In this document: positions 56,960 to 64,000 of the stretch, in pieces | Layout: each line of letters starts with the position of its first letter | Position numbering within the stretch: position 1 is the stretch's first letter | NCBI GenBank assembly: GCA_963708795.1 | Contig: CAVPUH010000006.1 | Location: 170,005-234,004 of the forward strand | From: an uncultured Actinomycetota bacterium | GTDB taxonomy: Bacteria; Actinomycetota; Actinomycetes; Propionibacteriales; DAIQRJ01 | DNA: 64,000 bases | Direction: 5' to 3' | Notes under the pieces: generated by a model | What the model was told of the DNA's origin: nothing | Database searches by the model: none | What the model saw: the letters and a program-made list of their open reading frames with translations, nothing else | Position numbers and translations under genes: made by a program

Positions 56960-56990
56960 GCGTGTGCCGTTCGGCGCGCGTCGGTCGGTG

Positions 56991-57695
56991 TCAGTGCCCC
57001 ATGCCCAGTCCGCCGTCGCACGGGATGACCGCGCCGGTGAGGTAGCCGGCATCGGGTCCGGCCACCCACCGCACGACCGATGCGACCTCGTCCGGGGTGG
57101 TGAAGCGTCCGAGCGGTATCTGGGCGAGATAGCGCTCGCGCAGCTCAGGGGCCAGCACGTCGGTCATGTCCGATTCCACGAACCCGGGCGCGACGACGTT
57201 CGCGGTGATGCCCCGCGAGCCGAGTTCGCGAGCGATCGACCGGGCCATGCCGACCAGCCCTGACTTGCTGGCCGCGTAGTTGACCTGCCCTGCGGATCCC
57301 AGCAGTCCCACCACCGACGAGATGAACACGATCCGTCCCCGGCGCATCCGGAGCATCCCCTTGGCCGCCCGCCGGGCCACCCGGAACGACCCGGACAGGT
57401 TCGTGTCGAGCACGGCGTCCCAGTCGTCGTCGCTCATCCGCAGCAGGAGCGTGTCCCTGGTGATGCCCGCGTTCGCCACGAGCACCTCGACCGGCCCCTG
57501 GTGCTCCTCGACCTCCGCGAACGCGGGATCGATCGCCGTCGGGTCGCTGACGTCGCACCGCACTCCGAACAAGCCGGCCGGCGGTTCGCTCGTATGGAAG
57601 GTCACCGCGACCTGGTCGCCCGCCGCCTCGAACGACCTCGCGATGGCCAGTCCGATGCCGCGACTACCTCCTGTGACGAGGACCGATCGACCCAC
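56991..57695 (-). CDS. fabG: 3-oxoacyl-ACP reductase FabG (MabA-like)
   Basis: ORF 56991..57860 trimmed to GTG 57695 after GAGGGAGAG. VLVTGGSRGIG, NAGI, YAASKSG. Confidence 0.9.
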   Translation of the reverse strand: MGRSVLVTGGSRGIGLAIARSFEAAGDQVAVTFHTSEPPAGLFGVRCDVSDPTAIDPAFAEVEEHQGPVEVLVANAGITRDTLLLRMSDDDWDAVLDTNLSGSFRVARRAAKGMLRMRRGRIVFISSVVGLLGSAGQVNYAASKSGLVGMARSIARELGSRGITANVVAPGFVESDMTDVLAPELRERYLAQIPLGRFTTPDEVASVVRWVAGPDAGYLTGAVIPCDGGLGMGH

Positions 57696-57825
57696 GACTC
57701 TCCCTCGACTCCGACGCTCCGACCTGAGACCGCGGCGACGGTAGCACCAGCGGCGCCGGCGGCGTGTCGACGCCATGGCCGCCCGCGTACGGTGGACATG
57801 TCCGACGCGTCGAGGAGGTCCGCAG

Positions 57826-58119
57826 GTGGCACGGGGTAGCTCCGAGGTCCACGGGATCACGACGGCGGCAGAGAGCGCCGGCGACGACCTCCGGCGTCGC
57901 CAGGTGCGCTACATGATGTCGATGGCGCTGCGGATCGTGCTGTTCCCGGCGGCCTTGTTCCTGCACGGTCCGCTCCGCTGGATCGCCCTCGCGGTCGCGC
58001 TCGTCATCCCGGCCATCGCGGTGGTGTTCGCGAACGCCAAGGGTGAACGCCGTAAGGGTGTGGGCCCGACCTCGCCCGAGCACGGCGTGATCGTGCCCGT
58101 CGAACACACCGGCAGCTGA
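57826..58119 (+). CDS. DUF3099 domain-containing membrane protein
   Basis: ORF 57775..58119 trimmed to GTG 57826, 6 nt after GAGGAGG. ...ITTAAESAGDDLRRRQVRYMMSMALRIVLFPAALF...VVFANAKGE. Confidence 0.7.
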   Translation: MARGSSEVHGITTAAESAGDDLRRRQVRYMMSMALRIVLFPAALFLHGPLRWIALAVALVIPAIAVVFANAKGERRKGVGPTSPEHGVIVPVEHTGS

Positions 58120-58223
58120 CGCGTCCCTGTTGTGCCGGTCCGGGTCGTGTGGCATGGTTTCCATGCTGGTGTCGACGCCGAGCGTGCGTACCCCCCGACA
58201 CACGTTCGTCCGATGCCAGTCAA

Positions 58224-58271
58224 GGCGCGGTGCCCAATGACTCCTCCCCCGTAGTCGATGGGCACCGCGCC
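58224..58271. terminator. 13-bp stem hairpin between convergent genes (candidate bidirectional terminator)
   Basis: GGCGCGGTGCCCA (58224-58236) pairs perfectly with TGGGCACCGCGCC (58259-58271), with a 22-nt loop. No clear U-tract. Confidence 0.4.
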
Positions 58272-58297
58272 TCCCTATGTGCCAGGAGTGCCCGGCG

Positions 58298-59356
58298 TCA
58301 GCCGCCGATCGCCGACATCGGGCGGGTCGGCTGGAGGAACAGCGGGTCGTCGATCCCGTGGCCGGGCAGCTTCCCGGCCATGGCCGAACACCACTGCCGT
58401 GCGATCTCGTCGTCGGCGGCGCCCGAACGCAGGGACGCCCGAAGGTCCGTCTCCGTGGTGGCGAAGAGGCACGTGCGCATCTGCCCGTCGGCGGTCAGCC
58501 GCGTCCGGTCGCAGGATCCGCAGAACGGCTCGCTCACCGAGCCGATGATCCCGACGACCGCCGGGCCGCCGTCGACCATGTACCGCTCGGCGGGGGCGGC
58601 GCCACGCGACGCCGCATCCTCGGCACGCAGGTCGAACTGCTCGCGCAGGCGATCGCGGATCTCGGCCGCCGTCACCATCGTCGAACGCTGCCACCCGTGC
58701 TGGGCGTCGAGCGGCATCTGTTCGATGAAACGGAGTTCGTAGCCCCGCTCCAGGCAGAACCCGAGCAGATCGGTCGCCTGGTGGTCGTTGACGCCACGCA
58801 TCAGCACGGAGTTCACCTTGACCGGTGTCAGACCGGCATCCGCAGCGGCGGCGAGCCCGGCCAGCACGTCGTCGAGCCGGTCACGCCGGGTCAGCGCTCG
58901 GAAAGTCGTCCGGTCGATCGTGTCGAGCGAGACGTTGACGCGCGTCAGGCCCGCCGCAGCCAGCGGTTCCGCCAGCCGGGCCAGGCCGAGCGCGTTGGTG
59001 GTGATCGCGATCGACGGCGCCGGCTCGAGCGCGGCAATCCGTTCCACGAGCCCGACGACGCCGGGGCGGATCAGCGGCTCACCGCCGGTCAGCCGGACCT
59101 GCGTGACGCCGAGCATCGAGACGGCGATACGGATGAGACGCACGAGCTCGTCGTCGGTGAGGAGCTCCTCCCGCGGCAGCCAGGGCAGGCCGTCCTCGGG
59201 CATGCAGTACACACAGCGGAGATTGCACTTGTCGGTGAGGGAGACGCGCAGGTCGGTGGCCACCCGACCGTGACGGTCACGCAGCGCCATCGTCGTCGAC
59301 TGCGCCGTCGGCGGCCCGGACCGGGTCGCGGGCTCGAACGTCGGGACAGTGGTCAC
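58298..59356 (-). CDS. moaA: GTP 3',8-cyclase MoaA (molybdenum cofactor biosynthesis)
   Basis: Radical SAM motif CNLRCVYCMP, C-terminal cluster CGSCDRTRLTADG, terminal GG. Confidence 0.9.
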   Translation of the reverse strand: MTTVPTFEPATRSGPPTAQSTTMALRDRHGRVATDLRVSLTDKCNLRCVYCMPEDGLPWLPREELLTDDELVRLIRIAVSMLGVTQVRLTGGEPLIRPGVVGLVERIAALEPAPSIAITTNALGLARLAEPLAAAGLTRVNVSLDTIDRTTFRALTRRDRLDDVLAGLAAAADAGLTPVKVNSVLMRGVNDHQATDLLGFCLERGYELRFIEQMPLDAQHGWQRSTMVTAAEIRDRLREQFDLRAEDAASRGAAPAERYMVDGGPAVVGIIGSVSEPFCGSCDRTRLTADGQMRTCLFATTETDLRASLRSGAADDEIARQWCSAMAGKLPGHGIDDPLFLQPTRPMSAIGG

Positions 59357-59442
59357 ACCACGAGGTTACCGATGTACGCCGACGTCCGGTGCCGGCGCTG
59401 CGCGGAGCCGCCCGGCCATCGGTGGGTGTGTAGCGTTGATGC

Positions 59443-60306
59443 GTGATCAGGGTGTTGCTGCGCAGGCGGACGATCCTGTTCACCCTGTTCGTGGTGTTCC
59501 TGGTCGTGACCTTCATCGAACTCTCGATGTGGCAGTGGCACCGGCACGAGTCGCGAGCCCTGCACAATTCGCTGGTCCGGGCGGCATGGTCGGCCCCGGT
59601 CGTGCCGGTGTCGACGATCCTGCCGAGCACCTCGACACCGTTGGCGGTTCCCGATGTCTGGCGGCGGGTCACCGCGCTCGGACGCTACGACACGTCGCGG
59701 CAGCTGCTCATCCGGTATCGCGCGCACGACGACGACAACGGGTTCGAGGTCCTGACGCCGCTCGTCACCGACCACGGCACGCTCTGGATCGACCGCGGGT
59801 GGATCCCGCTGGCAGGTCGAGGCGCCGACGACCTCCCCGCCGCGCCGGCACCTCCCGCCGGCAATGTGACGGTGACGGGCTACCTGCAGGGCTCCGAGAC
59901 GACCGACAAGACGGTGCTCCCGGCGACGGGACAGGTGCGCACCATCACCCTGCCGGTCATCAACTCCTGGTACGGACGGCCCGCCTACGGGGCCTACCTG
60001 CAGCGCACCACGGAGTCGCCGGCGCCGGCGACGTCGCCGACCACCCTCGCCGTCGAAGATCTGTCCGGCGGCCCGCACGTCGCCTACGCCATCCAATGGG
60101 CGCTGTTCGCCGCCATCGGCGTCGGCGGCTACCTCAAGCTGATCCGCGACGACGTCCTCGCGAGCAGGCGACCGAGCGAGGAGAAGAGCCGGCCCGGCAG
60201 CGGTCGGGACGGCAGCAGTCGGGACGGCAGCGGTCGGGATGGCGGCGGACCTCAGCCGGGTCCGAGCGGCCGGTCGTCGAGACGTCGCTCGACAGCCGAC
60301 GTGTGA
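59443..60306 (+). CDS. SURF1 family cytochrome oxidase assembly protein
   Basis: N-terminal TM + WQWHRH motif, C-terminal HVAYAIQWALFA TM. The tail carries the (GSGRD)n repeat. Confidence 0.8.
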   Translation: MIRVLLRRRTILFTLFVVFLVVTFIELSMWQWHRHESRALHNSLVRAAWSAPVVPVSTILPSTSTPLAVPDVWRRVTALGRYDTSRQLLIRYRAHDDDNGFEVLTPLVTDHGTLWIDRGWIPLAGRGADDLPAAPAPPAGNVTVTGYLQGSETTDKTVLPATGQVRTITLPVINSWYGRPAYGAYLQRTTESPAPATSPTTLAVEDLSGGPHVAYAIQWALFAAIGVGGYLKLIRDDVLASRRPSEEKSRPGSGRDGSSRDGSGRDGGGPQPGPSGRSSRRRSTADV

Positions 60307-60493
60307 GCTGACTGCTCCGAACGCATCGTTTCGGTCACCATGGGTGAACGACGTCGCGAGATTCGGCCCGGGAACCGATAGCGTTGCCCTCGACATCTGC
60401 CGACGGTGACATGGACCGACGAATAGTCACCGTCCGCAGCGGATCGTCTCGCGCACGGGGTGTGCCGCGTCGTCGCCGGAAAGTAGGAGTGGG

Positions 60494-61252
60494 ATGGACC
60501 TCGGCCTGCACAACAAGGTCTTCGTCGTGACGGGCGCGACCCGCGGACTCGGATTCGCCACCGCCAAGGCGCTCGTCGGTGAAGGCGCGCGCGTCGTGCT
60601 CTCGGGCCGGAACGCCGAGAGCGTCGATGCCGCGGTCGGCCAGCTCGGCCGGGTGAGCTGTCTCGGCATCGTGGCCGACAACGGCGATCCGGAAAGCCCT
60701 GGTCGCCTCATCGCGGCCGCCCGCGCGCGCTGGACCCACCTCGACGGCGCCTGCATCAGTGTCGGCGGTCCACCGGCCGGCGGTGCCCTCGACGTCAGCG
60801 ACGACGCCTGGCGGGACAACTTCGAGACCATCTTCCTGGGCGCCGTGCGCACGATGCGCGACGTCATCAGTCAGTGCGAGGACGACTCGTCGATCGTGCT
60901 GGTCCTGAGTACCTCGGTACGGGTGCCGATCCCGGGGCTCGCCATCTCGAACGCCCTGCGGCCGGCGCTGGCCATGCTCGCGAAGGACCTGGCCGACGAG
61001 CTGGGCCCCCGGGGGATCCGGATCAATGGCCTGATGCCCGGCCGTATCGAGACCGAACGGATGCGCGAGCTCGACCGGATCCAGGGCGATCCCGAGCTCG
61101 CCAGAGCCCGCGGAGCGGCCACGATCCCGCTGCGGCGCTACGGCCGGCCGGACGAGTTCGGGGCGGTGGCCACGTTCCTGCTGTCCTCGGCGGCGTCTTA
61201 CCTCACCGGTTCCGTGCTTGCCGTCGACGGCGGGGCCACCCGCGCCCTCTGA
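60494..61252 (+). CDS. SDR family oxidoreductase
   Basis: VVTGATRGLG glycine motif and a Rossmann fold. The classical Y-x3-K is not obvious, so this looks divergent. Confidence 0.75.
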   Translation: MDLGLHNKVFVVTGATRGLGFATAKALVGEGARVVLSGRNAESVDAAVGQLGRVSCLGIVADNGDPESPGRLIAAARARWTHLDGACISVGGPPAGGALDVSDDAWRDNFETIFLGAVRTMRDVISQCEDDSSIVLVLSTSVRVPIPGLAISNALRPALAMLAKDLADELGPRGIRINGLMPGRIETERMRELDRIQGDPELARARGAATIPLRRYGRPDEFGAVATFLLSSAASYLTGSVLAVDGGATRAL

Positions 61253-61352
61253 CGCGATCGGCGCCTTGCCGAGCCGGCCCCGATCGGGTCATTCGTTGTC
61301 CACCGGGTGGCGCACGGGCCGCCTGGGTGCCATACCGTTGCTCTGACCCCCC

Positions 61353-61382
61353 GGTTCTGGCGCGGCATGCCGCGCCAGAACC
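61353..61382. promoter_or_regulatory. 30-bp perfect palindrome GGTTCTGGCGCGGCATGCCGCGCCAGAACC
   Basis: Both 15-nt halves are exact reverse complements. It lies 100 nt after the SDR stop and 27 nt before the putative MFS start. No T-tract follows. Confidence 0.45.
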
Positions 61383-61408
61383 TCCCGTGGCCAGCCACGC
61401 CTGCCAGC

Positions 61409-62680
61409 GTGCGCCACCGTCGGAACGGAGCCCGCCGCTTGTCATCCGTGCTGGCCTACCGCAACTTCCGGCTCTTCTGGGCCGGTGGGGTGTTGTCGGT
61501 GGCCGGGGACTGGATGCTCCTCACGGCCCTTCCGTTCTACGTCTATTCGCTCACGGGCTCTGCAGCGGCGACGAGTGCGATGTATGTGGCCTACGCGGTG
61601 CCGAGGCTCCTGCTGGGACTCCTCGGCGGCACACTGGTCGACCGGTTCGACCGCCGCCGCACGATGATCTTCTGTGACGTCAGCCGCTCGGTCCTCCTGC
61701 TCCCGCTGCTCTTCGTCGAGACGCGCTCGACGCTGTGGATCCTCATCGCCGTCAGCGCCGTCCAGTCGGCCATCGGCCAGCTCTTCTTCCCGGCCCGGCA
61801 CGCGCTGTTGCCCGCGCTGGTCCCGCAAGACGCCCGGGTCCGGGCGAACTCGCTCGACTCGCTCTCGATGGGACTCACGCGCCTGGTCGGCCCGATCAGT
61901 GGCGGCGTCCTCCTCGCCGGGTTCGGCATCAGGTCGGTCGTGGTCATCGACGCGATGAGCTTCATGCTGTCGGCGGGCCTGCTCTGGCGGATGCGGGTGC
62001 CGCTCACGATCGCCTCGCCGCTCCCGCACCCGCGGCCCGCGGTGCTCCGCGACCTGGTGTCGGGGCTGCAGCTGTGCTGGCACCGACGGATCGTCCGCGG
62101 CGTCCTCGGCCTGAGTGGCGTCGTCATGATCGGGTACGGGTTGATGAGCGTGCTGACGGTGGTGTTCGTCCAGACGGACCTCGACCGGAGCGCAGCGGCC
62201 TTCGGCTGGATGCTGGCGGCGCAGGGCGTCGGCATCACCGTCACCGGGCTCCTGGGAACCCGGCTCGGGCCGCGGATCCCGGCCCCGCGGTTGTACGCAG
62301 GCGGTCTGGTCGTCGCCGGACTCAGCATGCTGGTCACGTTCCAGGCGCGCACGCTTCCGGTCGCACTCGTCGCCTTCGCGCTCTCGGGGGCGGGGCTGTC
62401 GGCCTGGATGATCGGCGAGCGCACCCTGCTGCAGGGCGCCGTCCGGTCCACTCAGCTCGGGCGGCTGTTCGGCACCTACAACACCGTCACCAGCGTGCTC
62501 ATGCTCGCCGGCACGATGGCGGCCGGCGTCCTCGGGACCGCATGGGGCGCTCGGACCGTTCTCACGCTCGCGTCGGCGCTGTACCTGGTCCCCGGCCTGA
62601 TCGGCCTCGGTGTCCTCGCACGCGCCCGGGTGCGGCCGACAGCGGTGGCCGACGTTGTGAAACGACGCGAAGCCGCATAG
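61409..62680 (+). CDS. MFS transporter (EntS/MFS_3-like)
   Basis: ORF 61307..62680 trimmed to GTG 61409. ...LAYRNFRLFWAGGVLSVAGDWM... and the D-R-x-D-R-R loop (LVDRFDRRR). About 12 TM segments. Confidence 0.8.
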   Translation: MRHRRNGARRLSSVLAYRNFRLFWAGGVLSVAGDWMLLTALPFYVYSLTGSAAATSAMYVAYAVPRLLLGLLGGTLVDRFDRRRTMIFCDVSRSVLLLPLLFVETRSTLWILIAVSAVQSAIGQLFFPARHALLPALVPQDARVRANSLDSLSMGLTRLVGPISGGVLLAGFGIRSVVVIDAMSFMLSAGLLWRMRVPLTIASPLPHPRPAVLRDLVSGLQLCWHRRIVRGVLGLSGVVMIGYGLMSVLTVVFVQTDLDRSAAAFGWMLAAQGVGITVTGLLGTRLGPRIPAPRLYAGGLVVAGLSMLVTFQARTLPVALVAFALSGAGLSAWMIGERTLLQGAVRSTQLGRLFGTYNTVTSVLMLAGTMAAGVLGTAWGARTVLTLASALYLVPGLIGLGVLARARVRPTAVADVVKRREAA

Positions 62681-62865
62681 CGTGCGGTGGGCAGGGTGAT
62701 CGGGGGTTCGGCGATCGGTTCAGGCACAGGAGCCAAGGTGGTCTGCAGAGTTCGGCGCGCCGTTCCCGTTGTTCCTCAGGGGATCTCCCCGAGGGGCCTG
62801 ACCTCCTCGGATCACTCCGCCCGCCCCTGCTTCCTGGCCCTCCCTCAGCTTCCGGCCTCGGCTCG

Positions 62866-64000
62866 ATGAGAGCCGCACCGGATCGGGACAGCGCCGGGCA
62901 CGTCAGCCCGAGCATGCTGATCTCGCTGTTCAGCCTGGGCGCCAACGCCGGTGGATCCCGCGCCACGCTCGAGCTGAGCAGTCGGCTCGGCTCGGACGTC
63001 AGCTACCTCGTCGCGGACCCGGCCGAGGGTCTGACCTCACCGCTCCTCGCGAATCCGGCCGGTCTGCGGCCGCCGTCGATCACGGTCAACCGGCTGCGCC
63101 CGAAGCCGCATGTACGACCCGGCACGGCGACCGCGCGCGAGCTGGTCCGGCGCAATCTCGACCTGGCCGCCGACCTCGCCTGGGTGCGTCGGCAGGACCG
63201 GCTGGCCGCGGAGAGCTCGGTCGACCTGGTGTGTTCGATGACGACGTTGATGCACCGTGCGGACGTGTTCTGGGTGCACTTCCTCCGGGCGCAGGCGGTC
63301 GAGCAGACCTACGGCATCTCGGTGTCCCGCGCGGACGCGTTGCTGCGGCGGATCGACCTGAAGGAGCGCCACCTGCTGCGTCTCGAACGGGTCAACCTGA
63401 AGCCGGCCAACCACCGCCTGGTCGTCGCTCCGTCCCGCCGCACCGCCGCCGATCTCGCCTTCCACTACGGCATCGATCCGGCCGGGGTCGCGGTGGTCCA
63501 CAACGGTGTGGACGACACCGTCTTCACGCCGCCGACCGCCGGGGTCCGCGCACGGGCCCGGGCGCGCCTCGGGCTGGCCGGCGACGACGTACTGGCGTTG
63601 TTCGTGGGCCGGAGCCCGGAACGCAAGGGTCTCGAGCCGCTGGTCGACTCCGCCGCGCGGATCCGGCGTCGCGACGGTGGGCGACGGCTGCGGCTCGCCT
63701 TCGCCGGCTTCGCCGACACCGATTACGCGCACCGGCTTCTGGCCGGCCAGGAGATCGGCGCGTTCGTCCCCGGTGAGCTAGACCAGGACGTGCTCCGGCA
63801 CGACTGGTACGCGGCCGCCGACCTGCTCGTGCTGCCCTCGATGGTGGAGCCGTTCGGCCTCGTCGCGCTCGAAGCCATGGCCTGCGGGGTCCCGGCGGCG
63901 GTCAGCGACGTGGCCGGCGCCGCCGAGGTCATCTCCGATCGCGAGACCGGCATCATCCTGGACAGCACCCGGCTCGGCGCGGAACTCGACGCCCTCTTCG
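62866..64000 (+). CDS. glycosyltransferase family 4 (GT-B, RfaB-like), 3' end beyond window
   Basis: Own translation in one open frame to the window end, so absent from the ORF track. ...VVHNGVDDTVFTP...LFVGRSPERKG...ADLLVLPSMVEPFGLVALEAMACGVPAAVSDVAGAAEVI (E-x7-E region). Start is ATG 62866 or 62914. Confidence 0.75.
   Translation, partial: MRAAPDRDSAGHVSPSMLISLFSLGANAGGSRATLELSSRLGSDVSYLVADPAEGLTSPLLANPAGLRPPSITVNRLRPKPHVRPGTATARELVRRNLDLAADLAWVRRQDRLAAESSVDLVCSMTTLMHRADVFWVHFLRAQAVEQTYGISVSRADALLRRIDLKERHLLRLERVNLKPANHRLVVAPSRRTAADLAFHYGIDPAGVAVVHNGVDDTVFTPPTAGVRARARARLGLAGDDVLALFVGRSPERKGLEPLVDSAARIRRRDGGRRLRLAFAGFADTDYAHRLLAGQEIGAFVPGELDQDVLRHDWYAAADLLVLPSMVEPFGLVALEAMACGVPAAVSDVAGAAEVISDRETGIILDSTRLGAELDALF

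Noticed and set aside
62684-62865. C-rich 180-bp leader upstream of the glycosyltransferase as a riboswitch or 6C-like sRNA
   Set aside because: It contains a short GGGGATCTCCCC palindrome and C-runs, but I cannot fold it into any RNA family I know from sequence alone. There is no support beyond composition.
1-64000. Prophage, transposon, defence island or biosynthetic gene cluster
   Set aside because: I recognised none of the following in any frame: integrase, transposase, recombinase, restriction/CBASS/toxin-antitoxin signatures, PKS/NRPS or terminal inverted repeats. The window reads as core chromosome.

Overview
High-GC (by eye above 70% G+C, not computed) chromosomal segment typical of Actinomycetota. 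It shows SigK/RskA, FabG-InhA, F420-type LLM/PPOX enzymes, and DUF3099/DUF445/DUF5703-type proteins. I support about 62 protein-coding genes and one tRNA-Leu(GAG). I found no rRNA, CRISPR, transposase or integrase. Most long Arg/Pro/Gly-rich ORFs in the track are antisense GC-frame artefacts. Gene content is mainly housekeeping or accessory metabolism: uppP, two aldo/keto reductases, an M20 peptidase, a sugar isomerase/oxidoreductase/MFS module, a heterodimeric ABC exporter, nei, ung, glpD, siroheme synthase, SPFH/NfeD, ferritin, serB, rfbA, nagA/nagB, fabG-inhA, moaA and SURF1. Most notable observations: (1) A hypothetical-serB-cyanophycinase-cyanophycin synthetase operon joined by start/stop overlaps. 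About 4 kb away, in the fabG-inhA operon, sits a CphA paralog that keeps the N-terminal and Mur-ligase domains but lacks the whole ATP-grasp domain. (2) A 3.5-copy 87-93 bp hairpin-containing tandem repeat array lies in a convergent intergenic region. (3) At least 18 reading-frame interruptions fall in 11 otherwise intact genes, almost all explained by one extra base in a short C/G run, so probably sequencing or assembly error. The exception is a siderophore-interacting protein gene that looks truly decayed. (4) Several clear operator-like sites: a perfect actinobacterial SOS box, paired TetR palindromes, a MerR palindrome, an iron-box-like site and a 30-bp perfect palindrome. All product calls rest on my own reading of the translations and remembered family motifs. 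No database search was run.
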